The position numbers were made by a program, and so were the translations under genes. A stretch of 64,000 bases of DNA, from the IMG/VR virus record IMGVR_UViG_3300027759_000044; one strand, given 5' to 3'. Shown in pieces: positions 18,007 through 29,122 of this stretch; position 1 is the first letter of the stretch, and each line of letters opens with the position of its first letter. This stretch comes from a virus. Lineage: Duplodnaviria > Caudoviricetes. Under the pieces are notes generated by a model. The model saw only the letters and a program-made list of their open reading frames with translations, was not told the origin of the DNA and made no database searches.

Positions 18007-19341
18007 ATGTCAGCAAGTTGGATTAATAAATTAAATGAATCAGATAGCCGCCTGCACAAGGAAGATATCATTTTACAGGCGCTTGAGGCAAGTGTCCTAG
18101 GTAGCACTAATGCTCAGATTTTTCTGGGTTTGACCAAAGCTTGTTACAATCCTTATGTGACATTCGGTGTACGAAAAGTGTCTGATACAGTAGGTATCGT
18201 TGATGCTGAAAATCCTTGGAGTGAGTTTAATACATTACTGACTATGTTATCACAACGTGATTTGTCAGGTAATGCCGCACTAGATGCTATCAATGAAATG
18301 AGTGAACGTTTTGATAGTATAGAATGGAATACATTCTGTGCTCCTGTTATTCGTAGAGATTTACGTGCAGGCATTTCAGATAAAACAATCAATAAAATCT
18401 GTAAGAAAACACAATACGAAATTCCAATCTTTGGTTGTCAACTTGCTACTAATAGCGAAGGTCGTCCTGAGATGAAAGGTACTAAACGCCTAGAACCTAA
18501 GCTTGATGGTGTTCGTGTATTGATGATGGTTATCCCGGGTGCAAGCGAAGGTATAACTACAGTTTGCTACAGCCGTAATGGCAAAGTGTTTGATAACTTT
18601 GGTCACATTGAAAAACAGATTAGCGACAACTTTGTTAAGATTGCCAGAGGACATCAGAACGCATTGATTAACGGGTTTGTATTAGATGGAGAAGTGATTG
18701 GTAATACATTCCAAGAACTGATGCGACAAGCACGCCGTAAGACTGATGTACAAGCAGATGACAGTGTGTTCAATATCTTTGATATTATTCCATTAAGTGA
18801 TTTCCGTGAAGGACATTGGAATGCTCAACTACGTAAACGTATTGCTATACTTGAACATATTCGGCACGTAGTTGACACTATGCCTAACGTAGAGTTGTTG
18901 CCTCACATCATGGTTGACTTAGATACAGCCGCAGGTAAGGATCAACTTGAACGCTATGCTAAGGATAATGTCAATGCAGGGTTTGAAGGCATTATGATTA
19001 AAGAATTAGAAGCTCCATATATCTGTAAGCGTAGCACTGATTGGATGAAATGGAAGCCAACATTAACCGTAGACTTGGAGGTCGTAGGTGTTGAAGAAGG
19101 TACTGGTAGAAACTTGGGAAGACTTGGAGCATTGGTTTGTCATGGAGTTGACGACGGGAAAGAAATTACAGTCAATGTGGGTAGTGGCTTTAGTGATACT
19201 GATAGAGATGACTATTACACTAACCGTAATTTGGTCATTGGTCGTACTGCTGAAGTCTTGTGTGATGTGATTACCCAAAATCAAGACGGAACGTATAGTT
19301 TGCGTTTCCCCAGATTTGTTCGTTTCCGTGACGATAAATGA
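18007..19341 (+). CDS. lig: ATP-dependent DNA ligase
   Basis: EPKLDGVR (motif I), LDGEV, FNIFD, EGIMIK, KWKP, SLRFPRF. Confidence 0.96.
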   Translation: MSASWINKLNESDSRLHKEDIILQALEASVLGSTNAQIFLGLTKACYNPYVTFGVRKVSDTVGIVDAENPWSEFNTLLTMLSQRDLSGNAALDAINEMSERFDSIEWNTFCAPVIRRDLRAGISDKTINKICKKTQYEIPIFGCQLATNSEGRPEMKGTKRLEPKLDGVRVLMMVIPGASEGITTVCYSRNGKVFDNFGHIEKQISDNFVKIARGHQNALINGFVLDGEVIGNTFQELMRQARRKTDVQADDSVFNIFDIIPLSDFREGHWNAQLRKRIAILEHIRHVVDTMPNVELLPHIMVDLDTAAGKDQLERYAKDNVNAGFEGIMIKELEAPYICKRSTDWMKWKPTLTVDLEVVGVEEGTGRNLGRLGALVCHGVDDGKEITVNVGSGFSDTDRDDYYTNRNLVIGRTAEVLCDVITQNQDGTYSLRFPRFVRFRDDK

Positions 19342-19366
19342 TAGAATAACTCAATAGGAGAATAAT

Positions 19367-20620
19367 ATGGTAACAGTTGTAAAACATGAATGGCATCAGC
19401 ACGATAGACAATATGCTATTGAAATTGATGAAGCACTATTAAGTGAAATCTATCCTGATTTAGATGAGGATGAAATTAAACAAAAACTCGCAGACCTCGA
19501 GGCAGGTGAAATTGACTACGAAGAAGTGCTTGACGATGCCAATGAAAATGACGTTGAGATTGAATGGGAATTTCAATATGATGACTGTTGGACTGACCGT
19601 AAAGGCGGGTATGAAGTTACATATGAACTAGGTGATGAAGACAGTTGGCATAGTGACCCTCCTCCACCAGAGCCTACGCACAAATGTACTAAGTGCAAGT
19701 GGGTAGGTCAAAGCTATGATGCCGAGTGGTCTTGGGTAGATAAAGAGGGTACTGAAATTGATGACCCTAGAAAAATTTGTCCAATGTGTGAAAGTGATAC
19801 TGAATTAACAGAAGCAGGTATCAAAGATAAAAAAGAATCTGATGAACGTTCTGCACGATGGGCTAAAGAAGCAGTAGATGATGAAGAAGATGACGAACCC
19901 ATTGATGCGACCGAACTAGAGGCAGCATTAGAAGAACTTAAACAAGAATTTGAGACACTTGTGGCAGAACCAGATGTGTTACCTAACTATCCAGCCGGTG
20001 AATACACCATTCGTATTTGGGGTCGTACACGTGAAATTGGTGTACATAAGATTAAGAAAGCACAATACGATTATTGGAGTGATGAAGACCACGAAGATGA
20101 TTTGAGTGATGCTCTTAATGAAAGCTACGATTATGATGAGAACAAAACTCCCAAAGCGGCACAATTTGATTTGCCTTATTATGAGTATCAGGGCAAACAT
20201 TCATTCTGGGGCTTTGACCAAGATGATACTCACATGACCATTACTAATAGTGAAGGTGAAGAGATTTATGAAGGTGATTTAGAATCATTTATTGCTGAAG
20301 CACACGGAGAAGAAGATAGTCGTTGGGAAGCCACAGAAGAACTAGAAGAACTATATCCAGAACATCTAGGTAAGGGTTATTGGTTGATGTGGACACAAGG
20401 TGGTAAAGGTAGTTGTATACAAACTACTATTGAGATTGAAGAAGGTCAAGAGTTTGATCCTCGCAAACTTAAAGTCCTTAACTGGGATATTCAAGGTACA
20501 AGTGTAGTTACACGTTTAGTGTATGACGGTGATGAACTTGATGATAATGGTATGGATAGTGAACATGACAACTGGCGTGGTCAGTGGGCACAGTTTGATG
20601 TATATCATAATACAAAATGA
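19367..20620 (+). CDS. Highly acidic multi-domain protein with zinc ribbon
   Basis: CTKC...CPMC; very D/E-rich; AGGAG RBS. Confidence 0.75.
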   Translation: MVTVVKHEWHQHDRQYAIEIDEALLSEIYPDLDEDEIKQKLADLEAGEIDYEEVLDDANENDVEIEWEFQYDDCWTDRKGGYEVTYELGDEDSWHSDPPPPEPTHKCTKCKWVGQSYDAEWSWVDKEGTEIDDPRKICPMCESDTELTEAGIKDKKESDERSARWAKEAVDDEEDDEPIDATELEAALEELKQEFETLVAEPDVLPNYPAGEYTIRIWGRTREIGVHKIKKAQYDYWSDEDHEDDLSDALNESYDYDENKTPKAAQFDLPYYEYQGKHSFWGFDQDDTHMTITNSEGEEIYEGDLESFIAEAHGEEDSRWEATEELEELYPEHLGKGYWLMWTQGGKGSCIQTTIEIEEGQEFDPRKLKVLNWDIQGTSVVTRLVYDGDELDDNGMDSEHDNWRGQWAQFDVYHNTK

Positions 20621-20829
20621 ACGCATATACTTTAGTAGGTCAATCTTATGTATTTGAAGATGGCAACAGGATTGAAGTAATACAGGTAAAAAAGACTGAT
20701 GAGGATCGTGGTGATTATTTAGTTACATATCACGTTACTCACGGTCCTGGTATTCCTCAAAAGCTAGTTTTACCTGTAGCTGAATTTCTTAGTTATTATA
20801 GTCACTTATTTGACGTTAGTATAGACTAA
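20617..20829 (+). CDS. Hypothetical protein
   Basis: ATGA-coupled. Confidence 0.7.
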   Translation: MNAYTLVGQSYVFEDGNRIEVIQVKKTDEDRGDYLVTYHVTHGPGIPQKLVLPVAEFLSYYSHLFDVSID

Positions 20830-20836
20830 ATATTAG

Positions 20837-22366
20837 ATGCGCCTTAAATTTTTATCATTCTCAAATCTCACATTATTAGTAGCACTATCATTAAGTTCAG
20901 TAGCTGCCTGGTATAGTATAATTGGCTTAACCGCTATCTTTGCAGGTGCGGTTATTCCTGTTATTATTATGGGTGGTATCCTAGAAATAGGAAAGATCAC
21001 TACAACTGTTTGGTTACGCAAGTACTGGAGTCGTTGTGGCTTCCTACTTAAACTATACCTTGTACCTGCTGTTATTGCATTAGCATTACTCACTAGCATG
21101 GGTATCTTTGGCTTCCTAAGTAAAGCGCATATGGAACACGGTTTAAATACCGGTGATAGCCAGGCTAAGTTATCATTGTATGATGAGAAGATAAAAACAC
21201 AACGAGATAATATTGAGTTAGCCCGTAAAGCATTAACTCAAATGGACAATCAAGTTGACCAACGATTAAGTCGCGGTGATAGTGAGAATAGTGCTGAACG
21301 TGCTGTACAGATTCGTAGACAACAAGCAGGTGAGCGTAGTAGATTACAAAAAGATATCGGTGATGCTCAAAAAGAAATTGCTAAATTAAACGAAGAACGA
21401 GCACCTATTGCGGCAGAGAATCGTAAAGTAGAAGCAGAAGTTGGACCTATCAAATATATTGCCGCATTGATGTATGGTGATAATGCTGATAACAATATGT
21501 TAGAGAGTGCAGTACGTTGGGTTATTATTTTATTGGTTATTGTATTTGATCCATTAGCTATTGCGTTAGTGTTAGCTGCCAATGCAAGTAAGGAATGGGA
21601 TGAGGAGGGTGACAGCCCTCTAGGGACTGAACCAATATCAACTCCCACTGTCACAGAACCAGCATATGAGCCTGATGATGGTCCATTAACTGATGACCAA
21701 ATTAAACAGATTATTGCAATGGCAGGAACCCCCAAACATCCTATTAACTGTTACATGTGTGGCACTGAGTTGGTTAATGCTACTGGCATTGGTTTATTCT
21801 GCCCAAATAAATTATGTGATGTTAAAGATGGTCCTTTTGAAGAACCAGAAGTAGAACCTAAAACTATATTAGAACAACATCCTTACTTAAGTAAACCATT
21901 TGTGAGTTTTGACACTAAACCAATGGTTGCTCCAAAAGAAGAAATAGTAGAAGATACATCAGAAATTATTCAATCCGAGAAACCTTATAAGGAATTAGAA
22001 GGTGGTTATGTAATGTTTGAAGATAAACATTACCAAATGGATGCATTAAAGAGTTTACGCCCAGATATATTTATGGCAACTGCTGATAGTCAACGTTCAA
22101 TTAGTACAAATTTTGGTATTAAATTTCCAGATGGTGCTAATAAAGGGGATGTATTTGTACGAGTAGATTCATTACCAAATCGTGTCTATAAGTATGACGG
22201 TCGTAAATGGATTGAGGTTCAAAAGGAACAGTCGGATACCTATCTACATAACCAAAAATATATCAAATATCTGGTTGAAAAGATAGAAAAGGGCGAATAC
22301 GATTTGGATTTATTGTCCGAAACTGAAAAGGAACAGATAGAATTGTTCCTAAAGAATCAAAAATAA
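20837..22366 (+). CDS. Membrane protein with coiled coil (DUF4407-like) and Cys motif
   Basis: Three N-terminal TM helices, long coiled coil, further TM, CYMC..CPNKLC. Confidence 0.7.
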   Translation: MRLKFLSFSNLTLLVALSLSSVAAWYSIIGLTAIFAGAVIPVIIMGGILEIGKITTTVWLRKYWSRCGFLLKLYLVPAVIALALLTSMGIFGFLSKAHMEHGLNTGDSQAKLSLYDEKIKTQRDNIELARKALTQMDNQVDQRLSRGDSENSAERAVQIRRQQAGERSRLQKDIGDAQKEIAKLNEERAPIAAENRKVEAEVGPIKYIAALMYGDNADNNMLESAVRWVIILLVIVFDPLAIALVLAANASKEWDEEGDSPLGTEPISTPTVTEPAYEPDDGPLTDDQIKQIIAMAGTPKHPINCYMCGTELVNATGIGLFCPNKLCDVKDGPFEEPEVEPKTILEQHPYLSKPFVSFDTKPMVAPKEEIVEDTSEIIQSEKPYKELEGGYVMFEDKHYQMDALKSLRPDIFMATADSQRSISTNFGIKFPDGANKGDVFVRVDSLPNRVYKYDGRKWIEVQKEQSDTYLHNQKYIKYLVEKIEKGEYDLDLLSETEKEQIELFLKNQK

Positions 22367-22395
22367 TTGACAATAATTGGAGAGTGTGTTAATAT
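22367..22395 (+). promoter_or_regulatory. sigma70-type promoter
   Basis: TTGACAATAA..TAATAT, 17-bp spacer. Confidence 0.65.
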
Positions 22396-22425
22396 ACACA
22401 TATCTTAAACTTATTGGAGATTTAA

Positions 22426-23061
22426 ATGAAATTCAAATTATTAGCTTTAGTAACTGCTCTTTCGCTAGCGGGCTGTTCTGGTATGAAACGTGGTGAGGGT
22501 GAATTTGAACAAATTCGTAATCAAAAACTGTCCACGTCATTCAAACAAGATACAATTCGTATTGAAACTGATTGTGCTTGGTATACATGGAATAAATCAA
22601 ATTGTGAAATAGTTAGTATTGAGGCAATAGGCACAGCAAGTACTAATGGTAACACAGAAAGTAATCGGCGAACTGCATTAATTCGTGCTGGTGATCATGC
22701 CCGCGCAAGTGTTCGTCATTTTATCCAAGAAGATGTTTCTAGCACACGTGTAAATAATACACTTGCTAAAAACGTTGAAAAGGCAAGTGACCGAATGAAA
22801 TCTCGCACAACAACAGGTGAGGTTGTCTCAATGAGTGATACTGATGCTGAAAAAGACACTAATCATTCAGTACGTGAAAATAGCAATGATACCGCGTATC
22901 AACTAAGTGAAAATATTCGTGTTAATGCTCAGGGCATCTTACGTGGATTCAAGGTTATTAAACAAGAGGTTACTGCGCCGCAAGAAGTTGCTGTAACTAT
23001 TCGTTGGGATAAAGAATCCGAAAAAGTTTCAAATCAATTGCGTAAAAAATTCGGTAACTAA
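22426..23061 (+). CDS. Lipoprotein (LPP20-like)
   Basis: Lipobox LAGC. Confidence 0.7.
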   Translation: MKFKLLALVTALSLAGCSGMKRGEGEFEQIRNQKLSTSFKQDTIRIETDCAWYTWNKSNCEIVSIEAIGTASTNGNTESNRRTALIRAGDHARASVRHFIQEDVSSTRVNNTLAKNVEKASDRMKSRTTTGEVVSMSDTDAEKDTNHSVRENSNDTAYQLSENIRVNAQGILRGFKVIKQEVTAPQEVAVTIRWDKESEKVSNQLRKKFGN

Positions 23062-23063
23062 TT

Positions 23064-24089
23064 ATGCGTTTATTGTTGATAGCGGTATGTTTTATACTTA
23101 CCGCATGTGCTTCTACCTCTAAATCGGATAATTACATTCGTAGTACTGGTGTAGGCAATACCTACGAAGAAGCAAAAAACAATGCTTTTAAAGAAGCAAT
23201 TGAATACCATTTGGGTGTTGCAATTGCCAGTGAACGTGAATCACATAATGAAAATCTAACAAAGAATCAAATCCTTGCCTACAGTGCAGGTTATGTTGAT
23301 GAATATAAAATTATTTCACAACAACAAATCGGTAATAAAGTACATGTGGTACTAGATGTTAAGCTGTCTTTACTTAGATTAGGTGATAGGATTATGTCTA
23401 AGGGTAAAGATAGCAAAAATCTTGATGGTCCTAAACATGATAGTCAATATAAATCCTTCTTGGAAAATAAACAGAATGGTGATAGAATACTTGATAGCGT
23501 GTTGAATGATTATCCTAAACGAGCGTTTGACATTAAACAAAATGAATATACTATAAAAATTGATTCTAATAGAAATTTAATATTGATTGTTCCGTATGTT
23601 ATGAAGTGGAATGCCAATTATATTAAAGCATTTGATGATACTATTAAATTACTATCTGACGGCACTTTAAATTTACTTGAAGAATTTGTATTGGGAAACG
23701 CAAAAAGGAATAGGGCTAACTTTAACGGATCTGCCTATTTAGACTGGTCCGGATCTGTAAATTTAGGTAAAGGAATTTATTATTTTAAGGACTCTATTAT
23801 ACCAAAAAAATTAGTTCAAGGATTAGAAAAGCCTATGATCAATATGGAAATTAAAGACAATCGTAACCAATTACTGTATAGTAAATGTTTTAAGCACGGT
23901 GAAAATAAATATTATAAATTTGACTATGCTTTTGGTTCAACCGATCTTGAGATTTATCAACGTTCAAGTGAGAATACTCATATCTCCTTGGACATCCATC
24001 AGAATAGTAGTTTGGCACGTATGATGAAAAATTTATTTACAATTGAATTATCCGTCATACCTAAAAAGTTATGTCCACCTACTGAATAA
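23064..24089 (+). CDS. Lipoprotein
   Basis: Lipobox LTAC; G.G.TYEEAK..AF..AIE pattern. Confidence 0.7.
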   Translation: MRLLLIAVCFILTACASTSKSDNYIRSTGVGNTYEEAKNNAFKEAIEYHLGVAIASERESHNENLTKNQILAYSAGYVDEYKIISQQQIGNKVHVVLDVKLSLLRLGDRIMSKGKDSKNLDGPKHDSQYKSFLENKQNGDRILDSVLNDYPKRAFDIKQNEYTIKIDSNRNLILIVPYVMKWNANYIKAFDDTIKLLSDGTLNLLEEFVLGNAKRNRANFNGSAYLDWSGSVNLGKGIYYFKDSIIPKKLVQGLEKPMINMEIKDNRNQLLYSKCFKHGENKYYKFDYAFGSTDLEIYQRSSENTHISLDIHQNSSLARMMKNLFTIELSVIPKKLCPPTE

Positions 24090-24102
24090 GATAAGTATTA
24101 AT

Positions 24103-25308
24103 ATGTCAACAGAAACAAAATTAAGTCATTGCTCATTCTGCGGTAATCATAAAGATACCGTAAATAAATTAATCGTAGGAGAAGATGTTGCTATTTGTAG
24201 CGATTGTATTGAACTCTGTACACAATTAATGGTGGATGAAAATAACTCATCGGAAGAGGTTATAGAAAAAGACCATCTTAGATATGATCCAGAAACTATT
24301 AAAGATTTTCTAGACCAGCATATCATTGGTCAAATTAATGCTAAAATGGTTCTTAGTGTAGCTATAGCTAATCACTATAAGCGTATTAACAATCCTCCAA
24401 AAGATTTAGAAATTCATAAAGGTAACGTATTACTGATCGGACCAACTGGTTCAGGTAAAACGTTGCTTGCTAAGACAGTAGCAAAATATCTCAAAGTGCC
24501 CTTCATTGTAGCTGATGCTACAAGTTTAACAGAAGCTGGATATGTAGGTGATGACGTTGAATCTATGATTAGTATGCTAGTCAATGCCGCAGGTGGCGAT
24601 CCTAAACTAGCAGAACGTGGTATTGTGTTTGTTGATGAAATTGACAAGATTGCCCGTAAAAGCGAAGGTGCAAGTATTACCCGTGATGTGTCAGGTGAGG
24701 GTGTACAGCAAGCATTATTAAAGATGGTTGAAGGTACAGTTTGTCGTATCCCGGCTGGTGGTGGACGTAAACATCCTAGTGGCGATATGATTGAGGTCAA
24801 TACAAAAGATATTCTATTCATTGCCGGTGGTGCTTTTGTTGGATTAAAAGATATTGTTAACAATAGAATAAATGGAACTAGTATTGGATTTGGTGCTGAA
24901 ATTAAAGACTCCCGCAAAGATGGTGATTTGTCTATGGTTAGTCCAGATGATTTAACACGATTCGGTATGATCCCTGAATTCATTGGACGTTTCACTACTA
25001 CAGTTAATGTAGATAATTTAACCAAAGATGAAATGATTCAGGTCCTGACAAAAGTTAAAAACAACTATATTGACCAATATAAGTATCTATTAAGTTTAGA
25101 TGATATTGAGTTAGATTTTACAGAAGATGCTATTTCTCAATTAGCTGAGAATACGATGAAATTAAAAACCGGTGCTCGTGGCTTACATACAGAGATTGAA
25201 AAGGTTTTAATGCCTCATATGTATAACACTAAGAAGTACCGTGAAAACAACATTAAAAAGATAAATATTAATCAGGAGCAAATTTTACAGCCAAAAGCCG
25301 CAATATGA
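24103..25308 (+). CDS. clpX: ATP-dependent Clp protease ATPase subunit ClpX
   Basis: CSFCG/CSDC zinc finger, [22 protein letters not shown] loop. Confidence 0.97.
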   Translation: MSTETKLSHCSFCGNHKDTVNKLIVGEDVAICSDCIELCTQLMVDENNSSEEVIEKDHLRYDPETIKDFLDQHIIGQINAKMVLSVAIANHYKRINNPPKDLEIHKGNVLLIGPTGSGKTLLAKTVAKYLKVPFIVADATSLTEAGYVGDDVESMISMLVNAAGGDPKLAERGIVFVDEIDKIARKSEGASITRDVSGEGVQQALLKMVEGTVCRIPAGGGRKHPSGDMIEVNTKDILFIAGGAFVGLKDIVNNRINGTSIGFGAEIKDSRKDGDLSMVSPDDLTRFGMIPEFIGRFTTTVNVDNLTKDEMIQVLTKVKNNYIDQYKYLLSLDDIELDFTEDAISQLAENTMKLKTGARGLHTEIEKVLMPHMYNTKKYRENNIKKININQEQILQPKAAI

Positions 25309-25523
25309 TTAGAGGACGCAAAGTTTTAGTTAATGACGGAAATACAGAAAAGGCCCTACGTAAATTCAAAAAAATGATTACGGATTATGGTACTTTACAA
25401 GAAGTCCGTGACCGACAAGAATTTGTGAAACCTACTGTTAAACGCAAACTAGCTAAAAGTCAGGCTAAAAGACGTTGGGACAAATATTTGCGTGAACAAA
25501 CTTTACCTAAAAAGTTGTTTTAA
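25305..25523 (+). CDS. rpsU: Ribosomal protein bS21
   Basis: [27 protein letters not shown]. Confidence 0.9.
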   Translation: MIRGRKVLVNDGNTEKALRKFKKMITDYGTLQEVRDRQEFVKPTVKRKLAKSQAKRRWDKYLREQTLPKKLF

Positions 25524-25570
25524 TTGCCCTAAATAATATATTTCTTTACACAATCTAGTATAATAAATAC

Positions 25571-25635
25571 TTTTCTATCGATGCCTAACGGGTCTATAGA
25601 AGAAAAAATCTTGCTTTACAAAGGAGAAAACTATG
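25571..25635 (+). promoter_or_regulatory. Structured 5' leader of dnaK with ROSE-like SD-sequestering hairpin
   Basis: CTTGCTT-TACA-AAGGAG pairs with a bulged G; upstream hairpin contains GATGCC..GGGTC; ATAAATA at 25563. Confidence 0.6.
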
Positions 25636-27528
25636 AGCAAAGTAATCGGTATCGACCTAGGTACCACAAATTCATGTGTAGCCGTTATTGAAAACGGAAT
25701 TCCCAAAATAATTGAAAACAGCGAAGGTGCAAGAACTACTCCATCAATCGTTGCCTATGCCAATGATGAGATCCTAGTAGGTGCTAGTGCTAAACGTCAA
25801 TCAGTTACGAACCCAAAAAACACTATCTATGCTGCCAAGCGATTAATTGGACGTAAGTTCACTGAACAAGCCGTTCAAAAAGATATTGACTTGATGCCAT
25901 ATAAAATCGTTAAAAACGAGAATGGTGATGCATGGGTAGAAGTATTAGATAAAAAACTAGCACCCCCTCAAATTAGTGCTGAAGTCTTACGTAAAATGAA
26001 AAAGACTGCCGAGGATTATCTCGGTAAAGAAGTAACACAAGCTGTTATTACTGTACCGGCTTACTTTAACGATAGTCAACGTCAAGCTACTAAAGATGCA
26101 GGACGTATTGCAGGATTAGAAGTACTACGTATTATCAACGAACCTACAGCGGCTGCATTAGCATATGGTGTAGACAAACAAGACAAGAAGGATCGTAAGA
26201 TTGCTGTCTATGACTTGGGTGGTGGTACATTTGACGTATCTATTATTGAATTAGCAGATGTTGAGGGCGAAACTCAAATTGAAGTATTATCAACTAACGG
26301 TGATACATTCTTAGGTGGTGAAGACTTTGACCAACGTATCATGGACTATTTAGTTGACGAGTTTAAGAAAGACAATGCGGTTGATCTTAAGAAAGATATG
26401 CTAGCACTACAGCGTTTAAAAGAAGCGGCTGAGAAGGCTAAGATTGAATTGTCAAGTTCAGCACAAACAGATGTTAACTTACCATATATTACAGCCGATG
26501 CTAATGGTCCTAAACATTTGAATGTTAAGTTAAGTCGTGCTAAATTAGAATCATTAGTTGATGAATTAATTCAACGTAGTATTCAACCATGTAAGCAAGC
26601 AATGACTGATGCAGGTGTTTCTACATCTGATATTGATGAAGTTATTCTTGTTGGTGGTATGACACGTATGCCAAAAGTACAAGAAATTGTTGAATCATTG
26701 TTCGGTAAAGCACCTCGCAAGGATGTTAATCCAGACGAGGCAGTGGCAGCGGGTGCGGCACTTCAAGGTAGTGTATTAGCTGGTGAACGTACAGACGTAT
26801 TGTTACTTGATGTTACCCCATTAAGTTTGGGTATTGAAACATCAGGCGGTGTGTTTACTAAGTTGATTAAGAAGAATACAACTATTCCAACTAAACATTC
26901 ACAAGTGTTTTCAACAGCAGATGACAATCAACCAGCTGTAACTATTAAGGTTGCACAAGGTGAACGTGATTTGTTTACATACAATAAGATATTAGGTGAA
27001 TTTAATTTAGAGGGTATTCCACCTTCAATGCGTGGTGTTCCTCAGATTGAAGTTACCTTAGATATTGATGCTAACGGTATTCTTAATGTAAGTGCCAAAG
27101 ACAAAGGTACAGGCAAAGAGAATAAAATCACTATCAAATCTGATTCTGGATTAACTGAAAAAGAAATTCAACAGATGGTTAATGATGCTGAAGAAAATGC
27201 TGAATCTGATGCTAAACAAGTTAAATTCATTCAAGCAAAAAATAGCGGTGAATCAACCTTGAACAGTTTCCGTAAAGATTATGAAAAATACGGTGACAAA
27301 GTTACATCGGAAGAAAAAGAAAAAGCATCCAATGCTATTGATGCTTTGGAAGTTGCATTAGCTGGAACTGACGTTGAAGAAATTGACAACAAAGTTAAAG
27401 AACTATATGAAGCTATTGGTCCTGTTACTAAGGTTAAATCCGAAGAGGAACAAAAAGCTAAAGAAACATCTGAATCACAAAAGTCTGACGACAATGTGGT
27501 TGATGCAGAGGTTAAGGAATCAACTTAA
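25633..27528 (+). CDS. dnaK: Chaperone DnaK (Hsp70)
   Basis: [37 protein letters not shown]. Confidence 0.99.
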   Translation: MSKVIGIDLGTTNSCVAVIENGIPKIIENSEGARTTPSIVAYANDEILVGASAKRQSVTNPKNTIYAAKRLIGRKFTEQAVQKDIDLMPYKIVKNENGDAWVEVLDKKLAPPQISAEVLRKMKKTAEDYLGKEVTQAVITVPAYFNDSQRQATKDAGRIAGLEVLRIINEPTAAALAYGVDKQDKKDRKIAVYDLGGGTFDVSIIELADVEGETQIEVLSTNGDTFLGGEDFDQRIMDYLVDEFKKDNAVDLKKDMLALQRLKEAAEKAKIELSSSAQTDVNLPYITADANGPKHLNVKLSRAKLESLVDELIQRSIQPCKQAMTDAGVSTSDIDEVILVGGMTRMPKVQEIVESLFGKAPRKDVNPDEAVAAGAALQGSVLAGERTDVLLLDVTPLSLGIETSGGVFTKLIKKNTTIPTKHSQVFSTADDNQPAVTIKVAQGERDLFTYNKILGEFNLEGIPPSMRGVPQIEVTLDIDANGILNVSAKDKGTGKENKITIKSDSGLTEKEIQQMVNDAEENAESDAKQVKFIQAKNSGESTLNSFRKDYEKYGDKVTSEEKEKASNAIDALEVALAGTDVEEIDNKVKELYEAIGPVTKVKSEEEQKAKETSESQKSDDNVVDAEVKEST

Positions 27529-27538
27529 CCTAAACAAA

Positions 27539-27600
27539 ATCGGGTGCCGCATTCGGCGGGCCCGATATCGTCATAACTTGCTTATTAGGAGAAAAACATG
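27539..27600 (+). promoter_or_regulatory. Structured 5' leader of hsp20 with ROSE-like hairpin
   Basis: CTTGCT-TATT-AGGAG; upstream hairpin ATCGGGTGCCG..CGGCGGGCCCGAT. Confidence 0.65.
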
Positions 27601-28047
27601 ACAACAAAAACACTAACCCTTCGTGCCATTGATATTCCATCAATTCACAAATTTGGCATCGGATTTGATTCCATGCTAGATAAATTAATGCTAGCCACAG
27701 CCGGGCAAACAAATACTAACTATCCACCTCACAATGTTATTAAAACAGGTGAGGAGACTGTAACCATTGAGATTGCTGTAGCTGGATTTGGTGAGAACGA
27801 TTTAGATATAAAATTAGATAGTAATGCTTTAATTATATCCGGTTCTAAATCACGTGAAGAAATGCTTAACTATGAATATTTACATAGAGGATTGAGTAAT
27901 AGAGATTTTACTCAAACATTCCCTTTAGCTGAACATGTTGAAGTTATACATGCTGAAGTAAAGAACGGGATTCTTTCTGTTTATTTGGAACGTAAAATTC
28001 CAGAAGAAAAGAAGCCGAAATCTATTGCTATTACTTACACTAAGTAA
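27598..28047 (+). CDS. ibpA: Small heat-shock protein (Hsp20/IbpA family)
   Basis: GIGFD, NYPPHNV, IEIAVAGF, YLHRG, NGIL, PEEKKP..I.I. Confidence 0.95.
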   Translation: MTTKTLTLRAIDIPSIHKFGIGFDSMLDKLMLATAGQTNTNYPPHNVIKTGEETVTIEIAVAGFGENDLDIKLDSNALIISGSKSREEMLNYEYLHRGLSNRDFTQTFPLAEHVEVIHAEVKNGILSVYLERKIPEEKKPKSIAITYTK

Positions 28048-28070
28048 TATAATAAATTTTACATAAATAA

Positions 28071-28092
28071 GAGTGCGGGGAAACTCGCACTC
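28071..28092 (+). other. Stable hairpin between a late motif (CATAAATA at 28062) and clpS
   Basis: GAGTGCGGG-GAAA-CTCGCACTC. Confidence 0.7.
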
Positions 28093-28109
28093 ACAACTAA
28101 ATTAACTAT

Positions 28110-28418
28110 ATGGCAAAAACAGAAATTAAAACAATACTTAAACCAAACTTGAGTTTAGTAGAACCCCCATTATTCAAAATCATTTATTTGAATGATGAAG
28201 TAACTAGTATGGAATTTGTTGTGGGTAGTCTAATTGAATATTTCAATTATACCGATGATACAGCATTACATATTACAGAAAATATACACAGTCAAGGTAG
28301 TGCTGTTGTTGCTGTTTTACCCTATGAAATTGCCGAACAAAAAGGCATTGAAGTAACAGTATCAGCACGAAGTCAAGGTTACCCTCTACAGGTTAAAGTA
28401 GAGTCTGAGACTGCTTAA
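28110..28418 (+). CDS. clpS: N-end-rule adaptor ClpS
   Basis: PPLFKIIYLNDEVTSMEFVV, IH..G.AVV..Y..EIAE.K, YPL. Confidence 0.9.
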   Translation: MAKTEIKTILKPNLSLVEPPLFKIIYLNDEVTSMEFVVGSLIEYFNYTDDTALHITENIHSQGSAVVAVLPYEIAEQKGIEVTVSARSQGYPLQVKVESETA

Positions 28419-29107
28419 ATTTCTATTCTTTTAGCCCAATAAGGGTTTCTGTTATAATAACTATTGTTAATATAGGTGATTCCATCAATTACAATATCAA
28501 CGGTTTTATCATAATCACCGTATATCCAGTGAGTTACTTTAGCCTCGAGGTCTTTGATTAATGATAATTTAAGTGGTGGGACAGAATGAATTATATCAGG
28601 CTCTTCACCGAACAACAATTCATAGCTAGGCGCTGAATGACTGACAATTATAATTTTCTTCACATCTAAATGTAATTGTAGTTTTTCTATAGAATTGCTT
28701 AAATAACCAATGTCTTGATATCGTTCGTGTTCTATGGCGTCTATTGGTAATAAAGGATAAGTATCCTGTTGATTAAACCAACCATTAGATCCTACAATAG
28801 CAATACCATCGATGATGACTACATGGTTATGTAAATAAGCTACGTTGCGTATACTTTTACATATGTTAAAAAGTTCATCGGTGCGGTGTGCTAAATTATT
28901 TACACCCTCATATTCTAATGATCCTGCGGTGTAGAACACACCTTGATAAAAGTGTGATAAATGTAATAGGGTTTGATGTATAGTACGTAAATCATTACTG
29001 ATGTTACCTGCTATAATACAATAGAGACTTGTTGCTTTACCTTCCCAACCAAATAGTTCGTTAGGTTTAAGATTTAAGTCACTGATTACATCAAACCCTA
29101 TTTTCAT
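28415..29107 (-). CDS. Calcineurin-like metallophosphoesterase fold, catalytic motifs degenerate
   Basis: SDLN, AGNI, GSLE, GDYD in place of DxH, GD, GNH, GHxH. Confidence 0.7.
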   Translation of the reverse strand: MKIGFDVISDLNLKPNELFGWEGKATSLYCIIAGNISNDLRTIHQTLLHLSHFYQGVFYTAGSLEYEGVNNLAHRTDELFNICKSIRNVAYLHNHVVIIDGIAIVGSNGWFNQQDTYPLLPIDAIEHERYQDIGYLSNSIEKLQLHLDVKKIIIVSHSAPSYELLFGEEPDIIHSVPPLKLSLIKDLEAKVTHWIYGDYDKTVDIVIDGITYINNSYYNRNPYWAKRIEI

Positions 29108-29122
29108 TAATCAATTCAGTAG

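Noticed and set aside
24414-25025. Long antisense ORFs (e.g. 24414-25025, 58604-59077, 60010-60666, 62224-62730, 21367-21735)
   Set aside because: They are shadows of well-supported genes on the opposite strand, with no RBS and low-complexity mirror composition
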